Assembly: GCF_009914755.1 (NCBI RefSeq) | Contig: NC_060935.1 | DNA length: 64,000 bases | Direction: 5' to 3' (one strand) | From: the human T2T-CHM13v2.0 reference genome, Homo sapiens | Shown here: piece after piece, positions 12,931 through 25,881 of the stretch | How positions within the stretch are numbered: position 1 is the first letter of the stretch | Layout of the letters: the number at the start of each line of letters is the position of its first letter | Program-made: the position numbers and the translations under genes | Notes under the pieces: generated by a model | What the model was told of the DNA's origin: nothing | The model's database searches: none | The model's input: the letters and a program-made list of their open reading frames with translations, nothing else

Positions 12931-14099
12931 TTATGCAAAATGGCTAATAAAATAGTACATACATATCTATTATAAACAAATGACATATATTGGGATGTAT
13001 ATAACCCTACCATGGGTTTAAGCTGATGCCTAAAAAGAAAAATAAACGGGTAGAACAGGGAATTTGGGGAGGGGGGGACATGATTTAATAGTTTCAAAGA
13101 CTTACCCAAGTGCCACAGTTGTAAGATAAATATAAATAAGCTTTAGAATATGTAAAGTGCTACGCAAATGCTAGTTATCAAATTAGTTAAATATATTTAA
13201 ATTAGTTATTTTACAGCTTACTTTTAAAACGGTGGCTGCCATTATTAGTGTCGTAGTTGCTATGGCAACATGGCAATGTACAGGGGCTAAAAGCCCCCTG
13301 AAGAGTAACCCCTGGACCTTCAGATGTAGTAGGCGGCAGGGCAGGATTTGAGCAGGGGCCTCACTGATCTTTCTGAAATGACTGAGACAGGAACAAATCA
13401 ATGGCTCAGTGTCTTCTGTGGGAACTCAGCCCCTGTCCTCAGCTACAACCCAGCTATAATGGGCTTAGAGTTCCAATCCCCTTTAAGTGCTTTGGAGAAA
13501 AAAATAAAGGTCGGTGGTCCTGCTGAGCCCATTCAAATGCAGGAATGACTGTGTTCAGGAATAGAGAAATGGAAACAGAAAGTGTGGGAAAGTGCTATTA
13601 ACCACTTCCTGGCCTGAGACTCGGCAAGAGGACAGAGGATAGGGCGGGGTTATGCCAAGCAAGTGCTGGAGCCCAGCTTTCTGGGGCCAGCCTTCTTTCT
13701 GTAAGCAGGAAGCAGGGTCCCTTCAAGGCCCTGGGGAACCTCCTTGATCCAGTGCGAGCTTTTGCGATTCAGTGTTGGGCGCTCACTGGGTCCCAACTTG
13801 GGCCTTTCCCCTAGGGCTCAATTTCAGGAACTGAAAATTGGGTTAGCTATATATAAGCTGCAACTTCACTTTCCTCCATCACTTGTTAGTTGTATGACTT
13901 TAGCATCTGAGTGCTCCATTTCCACATCTTGGGAATGGGCCTCATAATAGTATGTGCCTCACTGGGTTGTTGCTATCAGGATTAAATGAGTGCAATTTTT
14001 AAGTTTGTAACTTTAAGGAAACAGTGCAGGTTTAGGGAGGGAAGTGCTAACTCTATTCTGAGGACTCTTGAAGAAAGATCTTAAGACATCCACTTACTA

Positions 14100-14399
14100 G
14101 GCCAGGCGCGGTGGCTCACGCCTGTAATCCCAGGATTATGGGAGGCCGAGGTGGGTGGATCACGAGGTCAGGAGATCGAGGTCATCCTGGCTAACATGGT
14201 GAAACCCAGTCTTTACTAAAAACACAAAAAAATTAGCTGGGCGTGGTGGCACACACCTGTAGTTCCAGCTACTCACAAGGCTGAGGCAGGAGAATCACTT
14301 GAACCTGGGAGGCAGAGGTTGCAGTGAGCCGAGGTCGCACGACCACACTCCAGCCTGAGCAACAGAGTGAGACTCCATCTAAAAAAAAAACAAAAAAAA
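14100..14399 (+). mobile_element. Alu (Sc/Y-like)
   Basis: Contains ggatcacgaggtcaggagatcgag, with TSD agacatcca. Confidence 0.95.
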
Positions 14400-14576
14400 G
14401 ACATCCAGCTACTCAAGACCAGTTGTCCACTGCTGAACTTCTTATTCATTTGTGCACAAATGCTTGTGTGATACATACTGTATACCATTTTTTAAAACAA
14501 TCAATTGAGTTTGAACTCTCAGCTCCCATCAGAGAAACCCTCCTCCAGTCATTCTGAGGACTCGCTTGGGGCAGAT

Positions 14577-15081
14577 TGTATTTTTCACAGATGGCTGCAA
14601 CAATATCTCCTTTCTTGAAAACTCTTCTAGAATTTTGTTACCCCCTGGTTAAGAAAGAGACTATGTACCCTGCTCTTGAACCAGGGCCTTGGTGACTGCT
14701 TCTACTAATAGGATGCAAAGGAAGTGATCCTATATGACTTCTAAGGCTAGGTCACAAAATGCCATGCACTTCTAAGTGAGTCTTTGTTCTTCAAAACCGG
14801 CAGCCAAATTATGAAGAAGCTCAAGCAACCTGTGGAGCAGCCTCATGGAGAGGACCAAAGGCCTCCACAGCTCTGGCTGACCTCCCAGCTGGCAGCAAGT
14901 GCCAACTTGCTAGGTGTGTGAGTACACCATCTTGAAAATGGATCCCCAACCTCCAATTGAACCACCTGACATTGCGTAGAGCAGAGATAAGCCGTTGCTG
15001 CTGAGCCCACCCCAAACTGCAGATTTATGGGCAAAATAAATGAGTGGGATGGTTTGTTACATAACAGTAGGAAACAGATAC
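14577..15081 (+). mobile_element. MaLR LTR (MLT1G/H-like)
   Basis: Contains agatggctgcaaca...tgacttctaaggctaggtca...gagcccaccccaaactgcagattt. Confidence 0.7.
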
Positions 15082-15565
15082 CCGCACTCATTCTCTTTAC
15101 CTTCCTCCACCAGAGATGTGCAAAAGTCTTGGGGCCTTAACCTAGGCCCAGACACTAACAGGGAACTGGCCCCCATGTTCTTGCCTACAAGTTCTTTGAA
15201 GTCTCCTGCTCAGCTGTTCATCTTCCACCTTTGGGGTGGGGGAATCTTCTGAGAGCCTGGCAATCCTATAGCCATACCTCTCTGAGGTCTTGCCACACCA
15301 CCGTCTTCCCCATCTCCAAGTTGGCCATGGATATCTTCTCTCAAGGCTTTCTAGGGTGGTTCTTCTCACCCCTTTTCCCACCTCCAGAACTCCTGGCTCC
15401 ACCTCTAGAATGGACTAGAGGTAGAGTCTCACTAGAAGTGTCTGCGCTTTCTGCCTGGCAAAATGCCCAAGGTGAGTCATGACAAAGCTTGCCTTCTGCT
15501 GGAAGAGAGGGGATAGGGACAATGCTGAGGGAGCCAACCCAATGTGATATTTCAGTGAATGACTC

Positions 15566-15891
15566 TGCTATGGTTTGAATGTATTGGAAACTGAATCCCC
15601 AAATTCATATGTTGATGGTATTTGGGGGTAGGGCCTTTGGGAGGATTAGATAAGGTCATCAGGATGGGGCCCTCATGATGAGGACTGGTAGCTTTATAAT
15701 AGGATGAAGAGAGACCTGCGGTGGCATGCCCTTGCCCTCTCACCATGTGATGAGTCAGTAAGAAGGCTTTCACCAGATGTAGCCTCTCAACCTTGGAATT
15801 CCCAGGCTGCAGAACTATACAAAATAAAATTCTTTTATCGATTACCCAGCCTATGGTATTGTGTTATAGCAACAGAAAATGGACTAAGTTA
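15566..15891 (+). mobile_element. MaLR LTR (MST-like)
   Basis: Starts tgctatggtttgaatg and ends gttatagcaacagaaaatggactaag. Confidence 0.8.
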
Positions 15892-16064
15892 GACTCAGAT
15901 GCACATCTACTCAACAACTGTCCCTTAAGCTTCCAGGCATGTGCTAGAAGCTGGGGAGACAAGGCCAAATGGCAATGTCACCATAGACCTGGACAAGAGG
16001 GCACCTGTGGCCACCCAGAGCCCACACCTGACCTTGATCATGCTTTGGGTGTTTAAAAACCTAG

Positions 16065-16419
<355 letters not shown>

Positions 16420-17132
16420 CAGCCAGTTTTAAGGTTTACAAAGCTGCCTGCCCAGGTCCATCCTCCTGAGGGTACATCCTGTCCCTGGAATGTGCATTCA
16501 TAGAGAGGTGACGAAGAGGTGGCTGTAGGCAAGGCGTGTGGGCAAAGTTTGGGTGTGTGGGCTGGAGTATCCACATGCCTGAGTCCTAGGCCACTTGTGA
16601 CACAAGACAGAGATGGAGTGTGAAGAGAAGTGGAGTGGGTGGGCTGAGGGCTAGGGCCAGGCTATCCTCCCGCACTGCCATGTTCTTGCATAAAATTCTA
16701 AAGAGTCCAAGAATGCTAAATTTGAACATGGTCTTCCTGGTCATTAGAAAGAACATTTGTCAAGGCAGGAGAATACACATTTTATTTCACAGTCAGTTAA
16801 ATGTTTAGATACAAGGTATCTGGTCCTTGATTTGCACTCTTAACTTGGGCTCTCCATGTTCGGGCAGGTCAGCATAACAGGACCAGTGCCCAGGCCCTGC
16901 ACTCCTACAGGGAGACACTCTTCTGTGGGACTCAGACAATGACAGGGAGTATGGCAGAGATTCTAGAAGCTGCCTGAAGACTGCTCTCAATGTCACCACA
17001 GCTGCCTCTATCTCTAATCAGGAGTGGCAGGGCAGCAAGGGATAGCAGATGGGACTAATATGAGAGAATGTCTTCATGGGGGGAGGGGACAGTGAGGGGA
17101 TCCAGCTGTTTTGCCAATGGCCAGTTCCCATC

Positions 17133-17622
17133 TGTCTGCTGGAGCCCTATTAACTTCAGTAGGGATGGTACTAGGTTCAAGAGGCTGAAGGAGAGACCAG
17201 AGCCAGCAACTGGGACATGGGGTTTTATTGGGAAACTTACACACAGGGACGGCCGGTGGCAGTGGGCTGGACAGGAGAACTGTACAGTCCCATGGCAGGC
17301 TGGGCAGGAGAGCCACAACCGCTTACAAAAAGCATGCAGTTTATACATCACTCTCACTTAGCACCCTCCCCCTAACAACCCCCACCTGATAACCTTCATT
17401 TGGCCCCAAACAAAGAGCTTTGAACCCCTGTACACCCTGCATTCCACAGGATGGGCCGGGGTTCAAATGTTCCTCACAGATAAGGAATGAATCTCCAGGT
17501 TGGTCATTCCCGGATTCCTTAGCTCAAAACTCCAAACACACATTGGGGTGCATCTGCCATACAGGACCATTCTCAGGGTATGCTTAAGTCAAGTTATTGC
17601 TGTCAGGAGCATCTGCCATACA
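17133..17622 (-). mobile_element. Solo ERVL LTR (LTR32-like)
   Basis: TG...CA termini with an exact 5-bp TSD CCATC (17128-17132, 17623-17627). The minus strand has TATAAA (17340-17345) and AATAAA (17224-17229). The subfamily call comes from a recalled consensus. Confidence 0.85.
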
Positions 17623-18191
17623 CCATCACAAACACCCCCAGCTCGGAGGGAGCGGGGTGTGGAGTAGGGTGGAATAGGAGGAATTTTATGCCCATTTTGC
17701 ATGGGCTGGGTAGGGTAGGGATCTGAAACCCAGCCCAAGACAGAATGGCACAGTGGTTCTCAAAGTGTGGTCCCCGGACCAGCATCCACATCATCTAGGA
17801 GCTTGTTAGGATCTTAACCACTTGCAGGATAGAGGGTGTCTCTCTGCGGGTATGACACACTGCTGGGTTTAAAGGATTCTCCAGCCTCACTTTTCTGACT
17901 TGGTGTGGGAATGCTATGAAGGAGACTTTTTGCTGAAAAGAGAACATTTTCTGAGCATGTACGGCATTCAAGCGGTGGGCCAAATACTTTATGAATGCTG
18001 TCACATGTAATCTTCAACAGCTACCATCAAGATCGGTATGATTGTTATGGCTCATTTTATTATTATTCCCTGTTTAAGGGCTCATCCCAGAGGTTAAGTA
18101 TCTTGCCTTGTCCTGGGTTTAAAACGCAACCAGGAAGCTACCTAGGTCTGTGTGATTCTCAGACCACCCTGACTTCTTTACAGTTTGCTCA

Positions 18192-18365
18192 ACAGTGGTT
18201 CATGCTTGAATGTGATTCAGAATCACCTGGAGGCCTTATTAAAACCAATTGTCCCACAGTTTTCCATTCAGTAAGTTGGGATGGGGCTTCAAAATACGCA
18301 CTCCTAACAAGTTCCCAGATGATGTTGCTCCTGGTTCAAGGACCACGCTGTGAGAACTACAGTGC
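18192..18365. mobile_element. MER5-type hAT element
   Basis: cagtggtt...cagaatcacctggag...taacaagttcccag...ggaccacgctgtgagaac. Confidence 0.75.
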
Positions 18366-18770
18366 TGGGCTGGGATCCAGCTCCCGCCCTTACTCCACTC
18401 GTACAAAGCGCTCATAATCATACCCTCCCACAACGGTGTGTTGTGAGAGGACATTGTGATAATGGAAGTGAAAGAGCTTTGTCAGCTGCACAGGTGAATG
18501 CCCCTGGTCATTAACCAGGTAATCTGCCTGAGGCTAGTCCTCTGGAGCCTGGGAGGGCAGAGGGCTGGGACGCAGGGTGGGCACCGCAGCCACCTAGAGA
18601 GCTCTTGCAGCCCACCTCAATTTTGGGCCACTTTTTCTTCAGGGAGAAAGCCAGCTTTGAGGGCTTAGGCCCACAGCCCCTCCTGCCACTATTCTCATCA
18701 ACCCACACCTCCTCCCTCACCTCAGGCAGCTGCTGGGCACTGCCCCAGCACTGGTTGTTCTGGGCTACTT

Positions 18771-18819
18771 CCCCAGGGGCCAGTCCAGGCAAGCTGGGGC
18801 AGCTCAAGCCTGTGACTCA
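18771..18819 (+). promoter_or_regulatory. CD82 upstream enhancer: AP-2-like / p53 half-sites / AP-1
   Basis: ccccaggggc, then AGGCAAGCTG (18787-18796) and GCTCAAGCCT (18802-18811) as degenerate RRRCWWGYYY half-sites, then TGACTCA (18813-18819). This lies ~0.87 kb upstream of exon 1, matching my recollection of the described KAI1 p53/AP-1 enhancer. Confidence 0.7.
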
Positions 18820-19039
18820 GGACCTGAGGCTGGATCCCGCTCACGCCCGCCTCCATGAGATTCAGAGCCCTCGACTTCCCTTCTCTGAGCCTTAAACTGC
18901 GCATTAGTAAAATAGGCGCAACGAGAGTACCCATGAGTTGTGGGAATTCAAGGGCTAGAACTGTATTCAGCGCTTGGCATAGAGCCTGGCCCCTGGCAAG
19001 GATTCAATCAATGGTAGTCAGTATTTTCAAAAAGTTCCT

Positions 19040-19900
19040 GGGCCCAGGCCGCCTCCTGATAGAGGCCCCGACTTAGGACACAAACCGCTCCCACGCCGTT
19101 CCCCGGCGGCACCCGGATACACCCGCCCTGGAATGCCAGCGTGGGGGCCCCAGGGCTACCCGCCCGAGATGAGAGGGGCAGGGCAGGGCAGGATTAGGAA
19201 GGCGCTGAGCCCAGGCTGGTGCGGGGAGGGGCGTGGCCTCACCCTACTAGGGCCGGGGGATGGGGTGGGCTCGAAGGAGAAAGTGAAGGAGGCGGGGGCG
19301 CTGGGAGGGCCCGGGAGGAGACCGGGAGGACGAGGTAGGCGGGAGCTGGGCGGGACCGTTAGGCAGCGCCGTGAGTGGACAGGGCTGGAGCGGGGCGGGC
19401 TTAATCCCCAGTGTAACCTGGGGGCGGGGCTGCCGGGATAGAGGAGAGACTCCGTAGCGGGGCGGGGCCTCAGCTCCAGCTGGGCCCGGGGGCGAGGCTG
19501 GTTGGGGTACGGCCATAGTGGGCGGGGCCTGGCCGGCGGGAGCGCACCGCCTTCCCAAAGGGCTCGGGGGCGGGGCCGGCGGAGGGGGCGTGTCTTCTGG
19601 GGGCGGGGCCTGCCGAGTCCGCGGCGTTCCCCGGCTGCAGCCGGGAGGGGGCCGAGGAGTGACTGAGCCCCGGGCTGTGCAGTCCGACGCCGACTGAGGC
19701 ACGAGCGGGTGACGCTGGGCCTGCAGCGCGGAGCAGAAAGCAGAACCCGCAGGTGAGCAAGGGGGCAGCGGGCCGGGGTAGCCTGCCGGACAACCATAGG
19801 CAAAGTTAGTTTTAGCCCCCGCTTCTGCGGTCCGGCTCGGACAACTTTCCTCGGAACTAGTGACAGGTCGGGGCAGCTGGTGGGTGAAAAGGAGCTTTAG
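19040..19900 (+). promoter_or_regulatory. CD82: CpG island / TATA-less CD82 promoter with multiple Sp/KLF GC boxes
   Basis: Very high GC and CpG density, with GGGCGGGGC boxes at ~19421, 19459, 19519, 19567 and 19599 and no TATA box. Confidence 0.92.
19640..19752 (+). other. CD82: CD82 exon 1 (non-coding; TSS approximate)
   Basis: It matches the recalled CD82 5'UTR ...gcagaaagcagaacccgcag, with donor CAG|gtgagc at 19752/19753 and no ATG. Confidence 0.85.
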
Positions 19901-21879
19901 CCACCAGTCCTGAACCCCCAGTTCTCACACTCGGCCGTGCACAGCTGCGTGATCCTGGGTCCGTCCCTCTACCTGGCTCTGGACCTCCCGGGTTCCAGCA
20001 GGAGGAAGTGAACCAGGTGAATTCCACGCTCCCGTTGCCCTTTCTCACTTAAAACGCCGGAAGGTGAGAGCTGGCAGGTGAGAGCAGGCTGCAGGTCGCC
20101 ACAGGTGTTCCCATCGCGTTGCCCTCTGCAGTTTCTCTCCCTGCAAAATGGGACTGAGAGAAGCGAATTGCTTTAAAGAGTGCACTGTTTCCTCGGTTGG
20201 GGCTCGAACCCACCAACCCTGGGGAAGAGGAGGCCAAAGCAGGGAGGTTCCATTTCCCGCCTCACCTGCTTCCCACCAATTCTAACAGTTCAACTGAGCC
20301 GGACCCCCTAAGACTTCAAGTTGGAAACTCAGTGGGGCTTTTCCAGGTGAGCTGGCCTGAGCAGGAGGTTGGAAACTGGGGAACAGTTCTTACACTGGTG
20401 AGTGGGGAAGAGAAGGGAAAACCCCACCAATCCTTGGGCCCAGGGTCAAGCCCAGGGCCCCAGGGGCCCTTGAAGCATACCCGGGGTTAATTTCTTGGCT
20501 GACGGGTTCTGTTCCTGGAGGTGGTGGGTGCTCTGTGCTGGGCCCCAGTAGCGGGGCAGCATAGTTCTGTGGTCAAGGCTTGGGCTTTGGGATCAAACTG
20601 ATTTGGATTCCATTCCCCCTCCAAACTTCAGTTTCCTCACCTGTAAAATGGGGATAATGACAATATCCAATAGCAGGAGCAAGCACTAAATAGAATAATG
20701 TGTATACACTACTTAGCAAGGTGCCAGGAAACCAGTGAGACCTCCCTCTGTGACAGCTGCTTTGATGCGGGTGGGCAGGTGATGGGCTTGCTTCCTATGG
20801 GGAATGAGCCTTTTTTTTTTCTTGGAGAGATGGGGTTGGCTACAGCCCCTCCTGACCTTGTGAAAGCCAGAAATTGCCACCTGCCACCAACATCACTCTA
20901 TTTGAGGGATGAGGACTGTGTCATCTGGAACAAAGAGTGGCTGAGTTTTCTGTAATGTTGCTTGAGGTTGGTAAGTGTTGAGTTAAATAAGTCTAAAAAT
21001 GTTTACTGAGCACCTACTATATGCTAGAGAGAGCTAGAGGATACAGAGGTGAACTAGCCAGGCCTGAGTTGCTGACAATGAGGGCTCCCCCATCCCTACC
21101 ATGTCCCTGTAGAGAGGATCAGTCACACCCAGGGCTTATAACCAGATGAGATTTCATGGGTCTGTTCTGCCCTGGTGGCTGGAATCCAGCTATACCATTG
21201 CACACTTGGCTTGGGATGGGGGCGAGGGGCAATGTGGGCACCCGATATCTAAGCAGGGTTGGACACTGAAGGACGCTGAAGGTGCTGCATTATATTGGCT
21301 CCCTGCATCTTCTGGGAGATAAGCTGTACAGTATGGAACAAACTGGAAAGTGCTGTGGGACAGAGACGGACTGGCGGCTGCGCTGTGTGCAGGAGACTGT
21401 GTGTGTATGTAGGGCAGGGGGAGGTGTTCAGAAGAGTGAGACACTTGAGAAGCCAGGGCAGGGGGTGGGGGTAAGGAGGCTTCCTGGAGGGGGTGAGACT
21501 TGAATAGGACTTTCTCTCTGGGCTCCTGGTCCTGGTTTGGCTTGGATCAACATGGGACCACAGTCTCTTCAAGCACTGAAGTGGCATAAATTGGAGTTTG
21601 GTATGGTGGGGAGGGAGAGGGTCTGGTAGGTGGTGCCTGAGGTGGGGAGGAGGAGACGTTCATTTCAACAGAGCCTACCTAGTGAGCCTTAATGGAAAGC
21701 CCTCCCCACCACCACCCCCACTTCCTGCTCGATGAATGACAAGCGACCACATAAGGCCTGCACCCTCAGGTTGCTTACCATCCGGGAAGGGGCTTACACA
21801 AGAATACCAGGGACTCTGATGGAAGATAAATGAAAAAAGGATTAGAGGGATCTTCAGGGCCTTACAGACTGGGAAGATT

Positions 21880-22240
21880 TCGGCAGCCAGAATGAAGATA
21901 GTGTCTTGAGGAGAGGAAAATGCCTAGGCAGAGGCAGGGAGGTCAACCTGTCCTGAGAATTCTCGAGAAACCTCTAGGTTGCTCATTCTGGCTGAAGTTT
22001 GGGAACGTGTGGGGATATGCAGTGGGAATAGTAGGTGGGATCAGCTTACGGAGGGCCTTGAATGACAGGATAAGAACTTTGGATCTGATTTGCAGAAAGT
22101 GGGAGCCACTGAAGGTTTCTGAGGAGAGGAGTGACACAACAGAGCAGCACTTTAGGAAAGTCAGTCTGTACCAGATGTGCTGGGGTGGAGGATCCAGCGG
22201 TCAAGGGATAATGAACCAATGGCTGCAGTGACTGGGAAGA
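21880..22240 (-). mobile_element. L2 fragment
   Basis: gggccttgaatgacagga...tttggatctgattt...gggagccactgaaggtttctgag...gagtgaca is typical of antisense L2. Confidence 0.65.
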
Positions 22241-23784
22241 AGGGGTCTGGGTGGCTTTGGGGATGTCTGCAACTGGGAGTGAAGGAAGAGACACCAGCCA
22301 CAGGGAGAGCAAAGGCACCATTGGAGGGGTGGGAGGGGACTGTTCCAGCACATTTGCACTTCTTTCTCCTCCCTATCCTGTCTGGTACATAGCAGGGTCT
22401 CAGGAAGGTGGCTGGATTGGGTGAGTGGCGGGGTTGCTGGGAGGGTGATGAATGCTACAGAGGGGTTTGCCCATGAAGGGGAGGCATCTGGGCCGAAAGG
22501 TGGGAGCCTGTGCCAGCCAGCAGTAAGTTTGGGGGTCGGGGGCGGGATGGTTAGAAGAAGTGCCTGCTGATCCCTCCCTCCCATCCCAGCCCAGGGAGGA
22601 TAGGGGTGAGAGGTCAGCCATGTGCTATCTCTGGCAGTGGGTGAGCAGTCAGGGCACAAGTTTCCCACAGTAGGGGGACTGGGGCAGGATTTTGGCTTCC
22701 CTGGGCTCCTCTGAAGTTTCCGCTATGTGGGGGCGGCCCCCTCTGTCTTGAGGCCTCACGCTTTAGAGCCACAGCCTGGAAGCTCCCACCGGCCATCCCC
22801 TTCCACCCTGGGGACCCAAACCTGTTCCCCTAAGGACCAGACAGTCCTCCCTCAACCCATGGCTGAGCAGCCCCAAGTTCTGAGTGTTGTTTCAGATTCG
22901 GAGCATCTGGGGCCAGCTGGCACCCCTGATTCTGGCTTGACCTTGGCCTTGGCCTTCTGCTCCAAACCGTTATACCCACTTCCTCTGCCCCATGGGAAGC
23001 TCACAGGGGGCGGTTATGACTTAATCAAGAACATCAAACGGCCAGGAGCTGGCTCTGTGAGAGGTGGGAAGGGAGGGAAGAGCCTGGACTGTTTGGCCTG
23101 GGCCCCTCTGTGGGACAGGACCCGTTTAATCTCAGCAGGAACTGCCCTACCCACCCGCTTCCCCTCCACTAAGCCGGGGTCTGAGGAGCTGGGAGGGGAA
23201 GCCCAGAGGTAAACATGGAGTGAGTGGTGTGGGATGTGTTGCTCCCCTCGCCCCTGATGCTGCCCTAAGAAGAGGCAGACAACCACAGACCCGGGGCCTC
23301 TGCAACAGGCCCAGCTGGTGTCTCTCGGAGGCTGGCTGGTTCCTGACTCACCCCCGGGCTTCCCCTTCCACTGTGGTTTTCCTGTCAGCAGCTGATTCAC
23401 TGTGCTGACATGGACAGGCAGCTGATGGAGGAAAGAGACCTGTGTTCTGGTCCTTGGAGTTGGCTGCTGCTCTGCTGTGTGTATGTTGTGTGACCTTAGA
23501 TAAGTTCCTTCTCTCTGGGATTCCTTCCCTGACTTGCTGATGCCCCATTCTTTCCTTGGCTCTCGGGGAGTTCTGGGACCTGGGATCTATCCTTTGCAAA
23601 GTAGGGCATGTCTGTGAACACCCACCCATACTCAGGCATGCGCACACACACAAATACAACCCCAACACAGAGGAGCTGGGCAGCTCCCCTCAAAGAGCAC
23701 TTGATCCTACCTCCCTATTTTTACCTTGTTTCCCCCACCTGAAGCACCTTTATCTTCTTTCTGCCTGTTAACAGATTAGGGAGA

Positions 23785-24000
23785 TGATGGTACAGCATGG
23801 CGGTAAAGCACTGGACTTTAGAGTTGAGATCTCGGCCCTGCCAATTTCTGGCTACGTGACTCTTTCTGAGCCTCAGTTTTTGAACCTGCAAATGGGGATA
23901 ATAATGGTCATGACTTCATAGGTCATGAGGAGAAGACAAAAAAGTGCACATGAAATGCTTAGTATTGTTATACCTAGCACATAGTAAATGCTCAATAAAG
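23785..24000. mobile_element. MIR
   Basis: MIR core ctgagcctcagttttt...gcaaatggggataataat...cacatagtaaatgctcaataa. Confidence 0.8.
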
Positions 24001-24248
24001 GAGAGCCATTGTTGTTTGCTGTATCTGGTTGGTCTTTCAAGGCTGGTGCCAGGCTCCTTCTCAGGCCCCCAGGGACACTCCCAGAACACCTTCCTTCTGC
24101 ACAGGGCCTCTGTGCCTCTCCAATATGTGTGTGCCCCAAGACGCCAGTCATGTCTGGCTATGTGGGGCTCTCTGGCTCTTCCTGGGGGTGGCTGGGTCTC
24201 CTCACTGTGACGCTCAGCTTCCTGAGGGGCAGTAGGTCTGAACATCTC

Positions 24249-24350
24249 TGGCTGCCTTTCCCAAGCCCCTCATTGCCCTTCACCTTCTCCTCTGTGCTTG
24301 GCTGCCTTTCCCAAGCCCCTCATTGCCCTTCACCTTCTCCTCTGTGCTTG
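24249..24350. repeat. Perfect 50-bp tandem duplication
   Basis: 24251-24300 is identical to 24301-24350 (gctgcctttcccaagcccctcattgcccttcaccttctcctctgtgcttg). Confidence 0.97.
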
Positions 24351-25334
24351 TCTACACTGTGTACCCTCCTCTTTGATCCTGCCACTTTGTGGTGTATGAT
24401 GTGTTTCCATGAGCTCTCCTGGGCAGGCACTGCCCTGTCCTGTCTGTATCTCTGATTCCTGGCATACAGCAGGCACTTGGGGATCGATGACTGAATGAAT
24501 AGGTTAGTGGTTCTCTTGGGTGAGGCCGGGGGTATCAGCAGTACCTAGCTTGGTACCACATACCAGGTGACTCCTTGGCAAAGTGGAGCCGGGAAGCAGG
24601 ACCTGGATGCCACTGCCTGGTGCTTCAGGCCTGTGGGCCGCACTTCTGCAACCTGGATCCAGGGAGATGGGAATGCACCGTCTGTCCTGGAATTGCTTTC
24701 AGCAGAGCTTCTGCTTCTCTTCCGATGCCTGGCCTTTATTACCCTCCTGAGAGGGGAACAGCATGACTTCCTTCAGTCCTAACCCAGGAAGGGGCCACTC
24801 TGGCCTTTAGTGAACTCTGACTCAGCCAGAAAGAGCATCTTGGAGTCAACAATTGTTTGTGGAAGGTGCTGCTATCCTGTGGGGACTCAAGCTGGGGCCT
24901 GGAGAAATGGGACGGTGGCCTCCAGGAAGCCCATCCTGGACATCATCCATGCAGACCCCCAGGTGGGCAGCTCTGGGAAGCCCCACTCTCCCCTCTGACC
25001 TCCTACCCTGCAGCAGAAGCTTTTGCCTCTTCTCCGCCGCCCCACCCCGCAACTTGACTTTCCCTGCTGTGTGGAAGGGTGATCTGGTGTGGGAGTTGTT
25101 CAGAGTTCTGGGCCTTGGCTCTCAGTGTCAATGTGGAGAAGTGAACAATGCCCTGGTAGTTGGGCATTAGGAAGCCCGGGTTCAAATCCTGGCTCTGCCA
25201 TGGAGCTACAGCATGACCTTGGCCAGAGAGGTGACTTCTAGGCAGGTTTTCTTCCTTTTAGGCAGCAAGTGTTCCAGAAGCCTTCCTGAGTCCCAGCTGG
25301 GCTTGGGCCTGGGGGAGTGGGGAAGAAAGCCTGG

Positions 25335-25881
<547 letters not shown>

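Noticed and set aside
18942-18951. NF-kB-like gggaattcaa
   Set aside because: It lacks the terminal CC of GGGRNNYYCC and lies in MIR-like sequence.
19133-19803. Pro/Arg/Gly-rich ORFs up to 215 aa over the promoter
   Set aside because: Long open frames are expected in a stop-poor CpG island, and there is no recognisable domain.
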